Positions 1-9,810 are shown, counted from the first letter of the stretch. The stretch: 59,664 bases of DNA from Kiritimatiellia bacterium (GCA_016284515.1 JAEEOY010000088.1:1-59664), one strand, 5' to 3'. Numbers and translations are program-made. Notes: generated by a model from the sequence alone, not told the origin.

Positions 1-1
1 C

Positions 2-1468
2 TTCTCGCGACGGGTGATAAAGTCTGTCGATTCCGTTGCCGGCGAGGTCGAGACGCATTCCCCGGAGAACTGGGACGGCTGGAAGAAATGGAATTCAAAG
101 GAGACGCTCGTCTGGTTTGAGAATGTGCGCGGCGGATTTGACGCGCCCGGCGAATGGTTCTACGACGGGAAGAACGGGCGCATCCTCTACCGTCCGCTTC
201 CAGGAGAGAAGATCGAGTCGATCGTGGCATTCGCCCCCAGCTCCAAGCTAAGCCGGCTCGTGGAGATAAAAGGCGACCCCGACAAGAAGGAGCTTGTTCA
301 CGATATCCTGTTCAGCAACCTTGTGTTCGCCGTGACGGACGGCTGGGGCGAAGGGCGGGAGAACAACCGTCCGACACAGTCGTACCAGCATCAGGCCGCG
401 GGCGGAAGCGACGGCGCGGTAACGGCGAAAGGAGCCTGCCGCCTGACTTGGGACAGTTGCGTGTTCCGGCACACGGGCAACTACGCGCTCAGGTTCAACG
501 ACGGGTGTGTTTCAAACACGGTCGCGCGCTGTCTCATGGAGGACCTTGGCGCCGGCGGCGTGATCATGGGCTCATGGGCCGGACATGTTGCTGACGGCGA
601 GACGCTTTCCCGGCGCGTCATATCCAAGACGGCGCCGCATTCCGTCGCGTTCAACCGCATCGAGGACTGCATCATACGCGGCGGCGGACGTTTCAATCCC
701 GAAGCAACGGGAATTGTCTTTACCCACGTCTCAGACTCGAAGGTGCTTCACTGCGACATATACGACTTCTTCTATTCGGGAGTCTCGGTCGGATGGACGT
801 GGGGGTTCCGCGGCTCGGTCGCACAGCGCAACGAGATCGCGTACAACAGGATATACGACCTCGGGAAAGGCGTCATGAGCGATATGGGCGGTGTCTATAC
901 GCTCGGCACCAGTTTCGGGACTACGGTTCACGACAACGTCATCCACGATGTGGACAGCTATTCATATGGCGGATGGGGCATCTACTTCGACGAGGGAAGC
1001 GAAGGGGTTGTCGCGGAGCGCAACCTCTGCTGGAATACGACCGACGGAGGCTTTCACCAGCATTATGGCACAGGCTGCATAGTGAGAAACAACATCTTCG
1101 CCTGGAACCGCACACGCGGAGCGGTCAGGATGGAGCGTGCGGTCGTGCAGGACGTTCCGTGTACGCTTAACTTCCTGAACAACATCGTGATCGTGAAGGG
1201 GAGCCCTCTTGCCGGACGCGGCGTGCGCAACGTCGGCGGCATCTGGGCAGGAAACCTGTGGTACGACTTTTCGGGCAAGCCCGATTTCGACGGTCTCGAC
1301 TGGAACGGATGGGTCGCGAGCGGGAAGGAGATTCTCGGAAAGTACGCCGACCCGCAATTCGAGAATCCCGAAGTCTTCGACTTCCGGCTCAAGCCGTCCT
1401 CCCCGGCCTTCGCGCTCGGTTTCAAACCGTGGGACAGCTCAAAGGCGGGCGCGGCAGCCAGACAATAA
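2..1468 (+). CDS. Right-handed parallel beta-helix (pectin lyase-like) carbohydrate-active protein, 5'-partial
   Basis: Repeated beta-helix motifs (NRIYDLG, DMGGVYTLG, NVIHDV, WGIYFDEGS, RNNIF). The frame is open back to the window start. Confidence 0.75.
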   Translation, partial: FSRRVIKSVDSVAGEVETHSPENWDGWKKWNSKETLVWFENVRGGFDAPGEWFYDGKNGRILYRPLPGEKIESIVAFAPSSKLSRLVEIKGDPDKKELVHDILFSNLVFAVTDGWGEGRENNRPTQSYQHQAAGGSDGAVTAKGACRLTWDSCVFRHTGNYALRFNDGCVSNTVARCLMEDLGAGGVIMGSWAGHVADGETLSRRVISKTAPHSVAFNRIEDCIIRGGGRFNPEATGIVFTHVSDSKVLHCDIYDFFYSGVSVGWTWGFRGSVAQRNEIAYNRIYDLGKGVMSDMGGVYTLGTSFGTTVHDNVIHDVDSYSYGGWGIYFDEGSEGVVAERNLCWNTTDGGFHQHYGTGCIVRNNIFAWNRTRGAVRMERAVVQDVPCTLNFLNNIVIVKGSPLAGRGVRNVGGIWAGNLWYDFSGKPDFDGLDWNGWVASGKEILGKYADPQFENPEVFDFRLKPSSPAFALGFKPWDSSKAGAAARQ

Positions 1469-1507
1469 CCGACATCTAACTCAAAGCATACAAGAAAGGA
1501 ACATAAA

Positions 1508-3310
1508 ATGAACCAGACAGTGTTTACGCACAACCCGTTTCCCAAGGTGGGCATTCGCCCGATCATCGACGGCCGCAGGCGCGGCGTTCGCGAGTCGCTC
1601 GAAGACCAGACGATGGCGATGGCCAAGGCCGCCGCCAAGCTCATCAGCGACAACCTCCGCTATCCTGACGGATCGAAAGTGGAGTGTGTGATTGCCGACA
1701 CGACGATCGGCGGCAGGTTCGAGGCCGCGCAGTGCGCGAACAAGTTCGCCGCGAACAACGTCGGCGTTTCGCTCTCCGTGACGCCTTGCTGGTGCTACGG
1801 AACGGAGACGATGGACCTCGACCCCGTCATGCCCAAGGCCGTCTGGGGCTTCAACGGCACGGAGCGCCCGGGAGCCGTCTATCTCGCGTGCATGCTCGCA
1901 GGCTATGCGCAGCGTGGGATGCCGGCGTACGGCATCTACGGACACGAGGTGCAGAACCGCGACGAGTCCGACAAGATCCCCGCCGACGTCGCCGAGAAGA
2001 TCCTCCGCTTCGCGAAGGCGGGTCTCGCCGTCGCGATGATGAAGGGCAAGAGCTATCTTTCCATCGGCACTTCCGCGATGGGCATCGCGGGTTCGTTCGT
2101 CGACGTCAACTTCATGCAGGACTACCTCGGCATCGCGCCGGAGAACATGGACGAGTGCGAGATCCTCCGCCGCATCGAGGAGGGCATCTACGACAAGGAG
2201 GAGTACAAGAAGGCGCTCGCGTGGATGCGCGCAAACCTCAAGGAGGGCAAGGACTACAATCCGGTCAAGATCCAGAAGTCGCGCGAGGCGAAGGACAAGG
2301 ACTGGGAGTTCATCGCGAAGATGGCGATAATCGTCCGCGACATGATGGCCGGAAACCCCAAGCTCAAGGAGATGGGCTTCGGCGAGGAGGCGGTCGGCAG
2401 GAACGCCATCGCCGGCGGATTCCAGGGGCAGCGCCAGTGGACGGACCACTGGCCGAACGGCGATGTCGCGGAGGTGATGTGCAACACTTCGTTCGACTGG
2501 AACGGAAAGAAGATGCCGCAGATCCTCGCGACGGAGAACGACTCGCTCAACGGAATCTGCATGCTCCTCATGTGGCTCCTCACTAACAAGGCGTCGATGT
2601 TCGCCGACGTTCGCACCTACTGGAGCGACGCGGCCGTCAAGCGCGCCACGGGCAAGGGGCTTCCGAAGGACGCGAAGGCGGGGATCATCCACCTCCTCAA
2701 CTCGGGCTCCTGCTGCCTTGACGCGGCGGGCGAGATGAAGGAGAAGGGCAAGCCGGTCTTCAAGAACTGGTGGGATGTCACGCAGAAGGACATCGACGCG
2801 ACATTGAAGGCGACGAAGTGGGTTCCGGCGGGCGTGGAGTACTTCCGCGGCGGCGGCTTCTCGTCGTCGTTCCTCACCCCGAAGGGAATGCCACTCACGA
2901 TGATCCGCATCTCCATCGTGAAGGGGCAGGGTCCGGTCATGCAGATCGCCGAGGGCTGGTCGGTGGAGCTCGACGCTAAGCAGCAGAAGACGCTGATGGA
3001 GCGCACGAACCCCGAATGGCCGTGCACATGGTTCACGCCGCGCCTCACCGGGAAGGGCTTCTTCAAGGACGTCTACTCCGTGATGAACGCCTGGGCCGCG
3101 AACCACGGAGCGATCGCGTACGGACACATCGGCGCGGACCTCATCACGCTTGCCTCGATGCTGCGCATTCCGGTCGCTATGCACAACGTGCCGGAGGAGC
3201 AGGTCTTCCAGCCGCACTGCTGGGGCCTCTTCGGCGCGAGCGACGATCCGACGGGCGCGGACTACCGCGCGTGCGCGAACTTCGGTCCGCTCTACGCGAC
3301 CAACCGCTGA
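1508..3310 (+). CDS. fucI: L-fucose isomerase
   Basis: Motifs [77 protein letters not shown]. Confidence 0.97.
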   Translation: MNQTVFTHNPFPKVGIRPIIDGRRRGVRESLEDQTMAMAKAAAKLISDNLRYPDGSKVECVIADTTIGGRFEAAQCANKFAANNVGVSLSVTPCWCYGTETMDLDPVMPKAVWGFNGTERPGAVYLACMLAGYAQRGMPAYGIYGHEVQNRDESDKIPADVAEKILRFAKAGLAVAMMKGKSYLSIGTSAMGIAGSFVDVNFMQDYLGIAPENMDECEILRRIEEGIYDKEEYKKALAWMRANLKEGKDYNPVKIQKSREAKDKDWEFIAKMAIIVRDMMAGNPKLKEMGFGEEAVGRNAIAGGFQGQRQWTDHWPNGDVAEVMCNTSFDWNGKKMPQILATENDSLNGICMLLMWLLTNKASMFADVRTYWSDAAVKRATGKGLPKDAKAGIIHLLNSGSCCLDAAGEMKEKGKPVFKNWWDVTQKDIDATLKATKWVPAGVEYFRGGGFSSSFLTPKGMPLTMIRISIVKGQGPVMQIAEGWSVELDAKQQKTLMERTNPEWPCTWFTPRLTGKGFFKDVYSVMNAWAANHGAIAYGHIGADLITLASMLRIPVAMHNVPEEQVFQPHCWGLFGASDDPTGADYRACANFGPLYATNR

Positions 3311-3358
3311 GCGCGACGCCAGTTCTGCTGTTGCATCGCGACAGTGAACCGTAAAACC

Positions 3359-3439
3359 ACCTCGCGAGGTACCCTATGCCTACCTCGCGAGGTATCTTAT
3401 TCCCACCTCGGGAGGTACCCTATGCCTACCTCGCGAGGT
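3359..3439. repeat. Four copies of the 12-bp palindrome ACCTCGCGAGGT at a 23-bp period
   Basis: Copies start at 3359, 3382, 3405 (one mismatch) and 3428. Spacers 1 and 3 are identical (ACCCTATGCCT). Confidence 0.95.
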
Positions 3440-3457
3440 GCCCGCCACCTGCCTCGG

Positions 3458-3480
3458 GTATTTACCGGGGACTGTCCCCC
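3458..3480. repeat. GGGGACTGTCCCC palindromic element, copy 1
   Basis: GTATTTACCGGGGACTGTCCCCC; 22/23 identical to 5376-5398. Confidence 0.9.
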
Positions 3481-3540
3481 CTGTCTTCATGTTCTCTCAT
3501 ATCTTCGCAACGAGTTGCGTGATTCTCTCACGGTGTTTTG

Positions 3541-3549
3541 TGGTATAAT
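3541..3549 (+). promoter_or_regulatory. Extended -10 promoter (TGGTATAAT) of the GH2 gene
   Basis: TGnTATAAT consensus ~30 nt upstream of the probable ATG. Confidence 0.7.
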
Positions 3550-3579
3550 AGTGGAAAAATGATTAATGGGATGTGTTGC

Positions 3580-5310
3580 ATGAAAATGAAGTCGCATATA
3601 TTGTCGTTGTTGTTTTGTGCGGCCGCCGCGTGCGGCATGGCTGCGGAGTCGCTTTCGCTTGACGGGAGCTGGAGCTTCCGCTTCGAGGAGGGTAAGCCGA
3701 TAGAGGAGGCCGCGAAGGGGGACTTCGTGGCAACGGATTCGATTCCCGTCCCCGCGTGCTACGACATGATGCCGAAGTGGTACATGAAGCGCGGCACCGG
3801 ACTCTACCGCCGGTCGTTCACGCTCGCGAAGCTGATGAAGGACGCGGTCCTCGTCGTGGACGGAATGGGCGTCCGCGCGAAGTTCGAGCTAGACGGGAAG
3901 GACTTGGGACTTCATCCGTATCCATACGCGCGCCTCGAGATCCCCGTCGGAGCTCTCGCCGCGGGCGAGCACTCCGTCTTCGCGGCGGTCGACAACATCC
4001 TTTCGTGGCCGCGCGTGAAGCTGGCGCGTCCGTACTACGACTTCTATTTCTACGGCGGATTCTACCACGGCGTGAAGCTCGTCGAGCGCGAGCCGAAGGT
4101 CTTTGTCCGCACGCTGGACTACAAGACGGGCAAGGTCGAGGTCGAAGTTGAGAATGGCGGCGATTCCGCCGCGACGCTTGCATTTGACGGGGGGCGGGAG
4201 GTCAATGTCAAATTGAGCGACGGCCGCGCGGCCGTCACCGTTCCGAACTTCCGCCTGTGGTCTCCCGGCGCACCAAACCTTCACAGGCTGTCCGTTCAAC
4301 TTCCAACTTTAAACTTTAAACTTTCAACTCGTTTCGGTATCCGCAAGATCGAGGCGCGGGACAGGAAGATATACCTGAACGGCAGGGAGCTGTTCCTCAA
4401 GGGCTTCAACCGGCACGAGTCCGACTGGCTAAACGGCGCGGCCACGGGCGAAGCGCTCATGCTGCAGGACATCCAGCGCCTGAAGGCGCTCGGCGGCAAC
4501 TTCATACGCGGCGCGCACTACCAGCAGTGCGAACGCTTCCTCGACCTCTGCGACGAAAACGGCGTGCTCGTATGGGAGGAGTCGCTCGGATGGGGCAACG
4601 GACAGGACTACACGAACAACAACTTCCCGCCGAGCGAGCTGAAGGACGCGGAGTTCTGCGAGATGCAGGTGAAGGAGACGCGCGACATGGTGCGCGCGAG
4701 CTTCAACCATCCGTCGGTCATCATCTACGGATTCCTCAACGAGTGCGCCAGCCACAAGAAGGAATGCAAGTCGCTCGTCGACACTCTCGCCGAGACGATA
4801 CGCGCCGAGAATCCGGGGCGCCTCGTGACGTTTGCATGCAACATCACCGACGGCGACATCTGCTGCACGAACATGGACATCGTCTCGTTCAACGCATATC
4901 CGGGGACGATACCGATGGTTCCCGGCGACAACGCGCAGTTCAGGAAATCCGTTTCCTCAAACTTCAACGGAATCGTCGCGAAGTTCCGCGCGCGCTATCC
5001 CGACAAGCCGATCATGGTGTCCGAGTCTGGCTGCGGCGGCGAGTTCGGGCGGCGCGGCGAATACGCCTCGCCGAACACGGAGGAGTTCCAGGACGAGTAC
5101 CTGACGGACATCTTCGAGACGCTGTGGGCGAACCCCGACGTCGTCGGGTTCTCGATCTGGCAGATGAACGACGGCCGGACGCGCGAACGCTTCGGCGGCA
5201 AGGCGGTGTCCGCGATGTTCGGCGGCTCGATCGCCGGCGTCTTCGACCGCCTGCGGCGTCCGAAGCTCTCCGCCGAGACCGTCCGCAAATACTTCAACCT
5301 CAAACCATAA
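3580..5310 (+). CDS. Glycoside hydrolase family 2 (beta-glucuronidase/beta-galactosidase-like), secreted
   Basis: Signal peptide MKMKSHILSLLFCAAAA; motifs RFGIRKIE, LKGFNRHE, NFIRGAHY, LCDENGVLVWEE, NHPSVIIYGFLNE, PIMVSESG. Confidence 0.92.
   Translation: MKMKSHILSLLFCAAAACGMAAESLSLDGSWSFRFEEGKPIEEAAKGDFVATDSIPVPACYDMMPKWYMKRGTGLYRRSFTLAKLMKDAVLVVDGMGVRAKFELDGKDLGLHPYPYARLEIPVGALAAGEHSVFAAVDNILSWPRVKLARPYYDFYFYGGFYHGVKLVEREPKVFVRTLDYKTGKVEVEVENGGDSAATLAFDGGREVNVKLSDGRAAVTVPNFRLWSPGAPNLHRLSVQLPTLNFKLSTRFGIRKIEARDRKIYLNGRELFLKGFNRHESDWLNGAATGEALMLQDIQRLKALGGNFIRGAHYQQCERFLDLCDENGVLVWEESLGWGNGQDYTNNNFPPSELKDAEFCEMQVKETRDMVRASFNHPSVIIYGFLNECASHKKECKSLVDTLAETIRAENPGRLVTFACNITDGDICCTNMDIVSFNAYPGTIPMVPGDNAQFRKSVSSNFNGIVAKFRARYPDKPIMVSESGCGGEFGRRGEYASPNTEEFQDEYLTDIFETLWANPDVVGFSIWQMNDGRTRERFGGKAVSAMFGGSIAGVFDRLRRPKLSAETVRKYFNLKP
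4295..4329 (+). repeat. Five AT-rich 7-mers (TTCAACT-like) inside the GH2 coding sequence
   Basis: ttcaact tccaact ttaaact ttaaact ttcaact. Confidence 0.85.
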
Positions 5311-5329
5311 AATCTCAAGTTCCCACCTG

Positions 5330-5368
5330 ACTCTGTGAACTCTGCGGCTCTGCGCCTCTGCGTTAAAA
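5330..5368. repeat. CTCTGYG-type repeat arm after the GH2 gene, ending in TTAAA
   Basis: ctctgtgaactctgcggctctgcgcctctgcgttaaa; an opposite-orientation relative (cacagaggcgcggagag) lies at ~59484. Confidence 0.7.
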
Positions 5369-5375
5369 AAATCAA

Positions 5376-5398
5376 GTATTTCCCGGGGACTGTCCCCC
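5376..5398. repeat. GGGGACTGTCCCC palindromic element, copy 2
   Basis: GTATTTCCCGGGGACTGTCCCCC. Confidence 0.9.
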
Positions 5399-5678
5399 TC
5401 ATAATCCCCGGCTTCGACCGCCAGGTGTTCCCGTTCACGCTCGAGGGATGCGTCGTGCGCGTATCGGACATAATACTGATCGACGTGTCCGTTCTCGCTG
5501 ACAGGCAAGCACCGTCACGGACATGGTGCTACCCGGTGACGCTGCGGGACGCTGCGTCTCCTTGTTTACGTGAAGGTGAAGATGCGGGCAGTTGACGCCG
5601 GGCGGTTTGTGCGCGAGGTTTAGAAAATTATTTGGATTGCAGCCATTTTGCCATTTGGCACACGCGGGGCGCAATATT

Positions 5679-5687
5679 TGGTATAAT
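5679..5687 (+). promoter_or_regulatory. Extended -10 promoter (TGGTATAAT)
   Basis: Consensus match just upstream of ATG 5699. Confidence 0.65.
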
Positions 5688-5698
5688 ATCCGCCTGAT

Positions 5699-7015
5699 AT
5701 GAACAAACTGGCGATTGCTCTAAACAAGACGCTTGCCGACGCTGCGGGATTCCTCTCCCCCGCCGGCAGGAGAATGTATTTTCCGTACGGCGGCATCCTC
5801 GGCCAGGGCGCGGAGGCTAAGACCTGCGACATCAACGCCACGGTCGGCATGGCGTTCGAGGAGGACGGTTCCCCTCTGGTGATGGACTGCTTCAAGACGG
5901 GAGTGAACCTCGACAAGAAGGCGTTCCTCTATGCGGGCAGCTTCGGGCTTCCCGCCCTGCGAAAGGCCTGGAAGGAGATGGAGTTCGTGAAGAATCCGTC
6001 CCTCAAGGGCAAGCGCTTCTCCTCTCCAGTCGTCACGAACGCGCTGACGCACGGCATCCGCGTGTGCGCCGAGCTTTTCGCGGGTCCGTCCGACACGCTC
6101 GTCTGCCCCGACCTCTACTGGGACAACTACGAGCTCATCTTCCAGGAGGCGGTCGGCTGCAAGGTCGTCCACTTTAACACCTTCAGGCGCGGCGCATTCG
6201 ACGCGGCGGCGATGAAGGAGGCGCTTCTCGCCCCCGGCGCGAAGAAGATACTCATCCTCAACTTCCCCAACAACCCGACGGGCTACACGGCGACGCTCGA
6301 GGACGCGAAGAAGATCGTCGCGGCCGTGCGCGCCGCCGCGTCGAAGGGCAAGCGGATCGTCGTCATATGCGACGACGCCTACTTCGGGCTCGTGTACGAG
6401 AAGGGCGTCCACGGAGAGTCGATGTTCTCCGAGTTTGCGGACCTTCACAGGAACGTTCTCGCCGTCAAGCTCGACGGCACGACGAAGGAGGACTACGTCT
6501 GGGGTCTCCGCGTCGGGTTCGTCAGCTTCGCATTCAAGGGCGCGACTGAGGATCAGCTCAAGGCGCTTGAGGCGAAGGCCGCCGGCAACGTGCGCTCGGG
6601 CATCTCCAACGCGACGGCGATCGGGCAGCATCTCGCGATACGCGCGTTCGCCGACCCAGGGTATGTCTCGCAGAAGCGCGAGAAGTTCGCGGTCCTGAAG
6701 AAGCGCTACCACGAGATACGCGTCATCCTCAAGACGCATCCGGAGTACGCGAAGCACTTCGAGGCGATGCCGTTCAACTCGGGCTACTTCATGTGCGTGA
6801 AGCCCATCGGCGTGGAAGCTGAGAAGGTGCGCCGCCATCTGATAGAGAAGTACTCCGTAGGCACGATCGTCCTTTCGGGGCTCATCCGACTCGCGTTCTC
6901 GACCGTCCCGACCGCACGTCTGGGCAAACTCTTCGCGTCCGTTGACGCGGCGATCGCCGACCTCGTCGGCGAAACCACGAAAACCAAAACCTCCAAGAGG
7001 AGAAAAGCGAAATGA
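5699..7015 (+). CDS. PLP-dependent aminotransferase class I/II
   Basis: LNFPNNPTGY, DDAYFGL, KLDGTTKE (PLP Lys), WGLRVGF. Confidence 0.92.
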   Translation: MNKLAIALNKTLADAAGFLSPAGRRMYFPYGGILGQGAEAKTCDINATVGMAFEEDGSPLVMDCFKTGVNLDKKAFLYAGSFGLPALRKAWKEMEFVKNPSLKGKRFSSPVVTNALTHGIRVCAELFAGPSDTLVCPDLYWDNYELIFQEAVGCKVVHFNTFRRGAFDAAAMKEALLAPGAKKILILNFPNNPTGYTATLEDAKKIVAAVRAAASKGKRIVVICDDAYFGLVYEKGVHGESMFSEFADLHRNVLAVKLDGTTKEDYVWGLRVGFVSFAFKGATEDQLKALEAKAAGNVRSGISNATAIGQHLAIRAFADPGYVSQKREKFAVLKKRYHEIRVILKTHPEYAKHFEAMPFNSGYFMCVKPIGVEAEKVRRHLIEKYSVGTIVLSGLIRLAFSTVPTARLGKLFASVDAAIADLVGETTKTKTSKRRKAK

Positions 7016-8517
7016 AGAAAGCACTAGCGTCAGTTCTCGCGGCTCTGTCGATTTCCGCCTTTGCGGCGTGGGATCGCGTTGCGTCGCTACAGGTCGCGGA
7101 TGTCGCCGCACAGGGCGAGGCGGCGGCGAAGGTCGGTCAGATGGTCGGAAATCCTCTTGCGGCGGCGTCGCTTGCGGCGGCTCTCGCCGGCATGCCGACG
7201 GTGACGTTCTTCGGTCCGGCGCGCGAGAAGGCGACGATGCTCGTTCCGTTCTACCTCGACATGAAGGCGGTCGCGAAGAATCCGCAGGATGCGATCGATG
7301 ACATGAAGGTCTCCGTCCTGTATCCGGTTTCCATTTCGAAGGAAGAGTTCATCAAGCGCCACGAGGGGGCCGTCGAGAAGGAAGGGGCCGTCGTGGTCAA
7401 GGGCGATCTTTCCGGAGAGGACAAGGACGAGGAGAAGACGTACGTCGTGTTCTCCAAGGACGGAAAGTGGGCCGGTGCCTCCGACGATCCCGAGCGCGCG
7501 AAGCTCGCGCTTGCGGACGTCAAGCTCGCCGAGAAGGCGCTCAAGGGCGAGGTCGTGCGTCTGCGCGTTAACCCTAAGGCCGTCAAGGCGCTTGCCGCTG
7601 CGGTGAAGGACGTCCCCGGCATGACGGCGACGAACATGGAGATGATCAACGCGCTCAAGGCGTTCTCCCTCGGACTCAGGGTCTCCGACCGCGGGATTGA
7701 CCTGAACGGATCGATCACGTTCGCCGAGGGCACGGAATACGCGAAGTGCGGACTCAAGCCGCTCGGCGCGGATCCCCTCGCGTTCGCGGGCAAGGGCGCG
7801 TTCAGCGCCACGGCCGAGGCGGAGGACTGCGGCAACTACGGACGCATGACCGACAAGAAGTGGGCCGACATCCTCGCGCTCGTCAAAAAGCACGGTGGAT
7901 TCGACCTCTCCCAGTTCCTTGCGCGCAGCAAGGATGGTTCCGCGGAGAGGTATGTGTTCGACATCGCGGCGGTCATTAAGACCGTGACGGAGAATCCGGA
8001 GTCGTTTGGCAAGTTCGACTTCGAGAAGTTCTCCGCGGATGCGGAGAAGCTTGAGGAGACGGAGAAGTTCACCGCAAAGGCGCCTGCCTGCGCGAATGCG
8101 GGCGTCATCAAGGGATTCGAGTCGCAGTGGACGGTAGCGGAGCGCTTTGCGGCGACCGTGCCGGAGGCGGCCGCGAAGAAGCCGTTCTACGTCACATTCG
8201 GTTCCATCTCGTCTGTCGTAAAGGCCATCGTCCCGCATCTGCTTGCCCTCGTTCCCGAGGAGCAGCGCGCGGCTATCAAGCCCGTCGCAGACACTTTTGC
8301 CGTCGAGACGAAGACGGGCATCGCCGCCATGATGTGGCGCGCGAAGGCGGAGGATCCGATGCGCTTCATGATGCGCATCTCGGCTGACGAGATTCGCGGC
8401 ATCGGCGGAATCATCAACGCCGCCATGTCGATGGGCGCGCTTGGCGGAATGGGCGGCGGCGAAGACGGCGACTGTGGCGACGAAGACGGAAGCGACGACG
8501 GAGACGATGAAGACTGA
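7012..8517 (+). CDS. Hypothetical secreted protein with acidic C-terminal tail
   Basis: Signal peptide MKKALASVLAALSISAFA; host-like codon usage; ATGA overlap with the upstream gene. Confidence 0.8.
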   Translation: MKKALASVLAALSISAFAAWDRVASLQVADVAAQGEAAAKVGQMVGNPLAAASLAAALAGMPTVTFFGPAREKATMLVPFYLDMKAVAKNPQDAIDDMKVSVLYPVSISKEEFIKRHEGAVEKEGAVVVKGDLSGEDKDEEKTYVVFSKDGKWAGASDDPERAKLALADVKLAEKALKGEVVRLRVNPKAVKALAAAVKDVPGMTATNMEMINALKAFSLGLRVSDRGIDLNGSITFAEGTEYAKCGLKPLGADPLAFAGKGAFSATAEAEDCGNYGRMTDKKWADILALVKKHGGFDLSQFLARSKDGSAERYVFDIAAVIKTVTENPESFGKFDFEKFSADAEKLEETEKFTAKAPACANAGVIKGFESQWTVAERFAATVPEAAAKKPFYVTFGSISSVVKAIVPHLLALVPEEQRAAIKPVADTFAVETKTGIAAMMWRAKAEDPMRFMMRISADEIRGIGGIINAAMSMGALGGMGGGEDGDCGDEDGSDDGDDED

Positions 8518-9328
8518 GGCGTACGCCAAGGTCAACCTCACGCTTGAGGTGTTCGGAGTGCGTGGTGACGGATACCACGCGCTCCGTTCCATTGTGGCCC
8601 CCATATCGCTTTCGGACACGCTTGAGATCGAGCCGTCCGACGGACTTTCGTCCGACACAGGATATCCCGACGACCTCATCCTCAAGGCGGCGCGCGCGCT
8701 CGATCCGTCGCGCGGGGCGCGCTTCAGGGTGGCGAAGCGCATCCCTGCCGGCGGCGGACTCGGCGGGGGCAGCGCGGACGCCGCGGCGGCGCTTGTCGCG
8801 CTGAACGAGATGTGGAACCTCGGCCGCACCCGCGAGGAGCTTGCGGAAATCGGGGCGACGGTAGGGTCGGACGTCCCCGCGCTTGTTCTAGGCGGCCCAG
8901 TGCTCATGACCGGACGCGGCGAGTTCGTCGAGCGCATTGAGTGTCCGCGCCTCGACCTCGTCCTTGTGAATCCCGGGATAAACACCTCGACGCGCGAGGT
9001 ATACGCGCGCACCGCGGTGCGCGAGGAGGGCGGACCGTCCGCGACGGACGTGTGCCTTGAGGCGCTGGAGTCGGGCGAAATCGGCCTTATAGCGGAGACT
9101 TTTGCAAACGACCTCGAGGCGGCGGCGTGCGCGATGCACCCCGAGATAGCCTCGGCGATGTCCGCCCTGCGCGCGGAAGGCGCGCTCGGCGTGACGATGA
9201 GCGGAAGCGGCTCGTCGGCGTTCGGACTCGTGGAGTCCCTCTCTCGCGCGCAGGAAATCGCGCTTGCGCTGCGCGACCGCGGCCTTTCCGCCTGGGCTGT
9301 TCACACAATCGACGCGGATATGGTATAA
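8507..9328 (+). CDS. ispE: 4-diphosphocytidyl-2-C-methyl-D-erythritol kinase
   Basis: AYAKVNLTL, KRIPAGGGLGGGSADAAA, GSDVP, MSGSGS; followed by tRNA-Gln as is common. Confidence 0.95.
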   Translation: MKTEAYAKVNLTLEVFGVRGDGYHALRSIVAPISLSDTLEIEPSDGLSSDTGYPDDLILKAARALDPSRGARFRVAKRIPAGGGLGGGSADAAAALVALNEMWNLGRTREELAEIGATVGSDVPALVLGGPVLMTGRGEFVERIECPRLDLVLVNPGINTSTREVYARTAVREEGGPSATDVCLEALESGEIGLIAETFANDLEAAACAMHPEIASAMSALRAEGALGVTMSGSGSSAFGLVESLSRAQEIALALRDRGLSAWAVHTIDADMV

Positions 9329-9329
9329 T
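9321..9329 (+). promoter_or_regulatory. Extended -10 promoter for tRNA-Gln
   Basis: TGGTATAAT overlapping the ispE stop, 14 nt before the tRNA. Confidence 0.7.
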
Positions 9330-9343
9330 ATCTGCAATTCAGC

Positions 9344-9417
9344 TGTCCCATGGTGTAGCGGCTGCACACGGGTTTTTGATACCTAGAGTTCTGGTTCGAC
9401 TCCAGATGGGACAACCA
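9344..9417 (+). tRNA. tRNA-Gln (anticodon TTG)
   Basis: Acceptor stem TGTCCCA/TGGGACA, anticodon loop TT-TTG-AT, T arm TCTGG-TTCGACT-CCAGA, encoded CCA; C27-A43 mismatch in the anticodon stem. Confidence 0.93.
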
Positions 9418-9445
9418 GCGGGGATTTCGTTTATCTTGCAGCCCC

Positions 9446-9474
9446 TTGCATTGCGTCGGCGGATATGATATACT
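9446..9474 (+). promoter_or_regulatory. Sigma70-type promoter of rpsP-rplS
   Basis: TTGCAT-17 nt-TATACT with TG extension. Confidence 0.7.
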
Positions 9475-9510
9475 ATGCGCCAATCATTCACCGAAAAGGA
9501 AGAAAAAGAC

Positions 9511-9807
9511 ATGGTTAAGATCAGAATGCGTCGCACGGGCTGCACCAATCATGCAACCTACCGCATCGTCGCTGCGGACTCCCGTTCGCCCCGCGACGGC
9601 AAGTTCCTTGAGATCCTCGGCTGGTACGACACGCAGATCAAGGACGAGAACTTCAAGCTCGACCTTCCGCGCGTTGAGTACTGGCTCTCGAAGGGCGCCA
9701 AGCCCTCCACGACGGTGGCGTCGCTCATCCGCCGTGCGAAGAACCCCAACCTCAAGCCGCATCACGCGACCCCGGCCAAGAAGACCGAGGCGAAGAAGGA
9801 GGCCTAA
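9511..9807 (+). CDS. rpsP: 30S ribosomal protein S16
   Basis: MVKIRMRRTG, YRIVAADSRSPRDGKFLEILGWY, WLSKGAKPS. Confidence 0.97.
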   Translation: MVKIRMRRTGCTNHATYRIVAADSRSPRDGKFLEILGWYDTQIKDENFKLDLPRVEYWLSKGAKPSTTVASLIRRAKNPNLKPHHATPAKKTEAKKEA

Positions 9808-9810
9808 GCA

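Noticed and set aside
3359-3439. Possible mini-CRISPR array
   Set aside because: Repeats are 12 bp, spacers 11 bp with two identical, and there are no cas genes in the window.
5400-5510. Minus-strand protein-like fragment (GHVDQYYVRYAHDASLEREREHLAVEAGDY)
   Set aside because: It could be a gene remnant, but I cannot assign a family, and the ORF continues into the repeat and antisense to GH2. A BLASTX search would be needed.
9344-9417. tRNA-Gln as prophage or island attachment site
   Set aside because: No integrase or duplicated tRNA 3' end was seen, and the flanks are ispE and rpsP.
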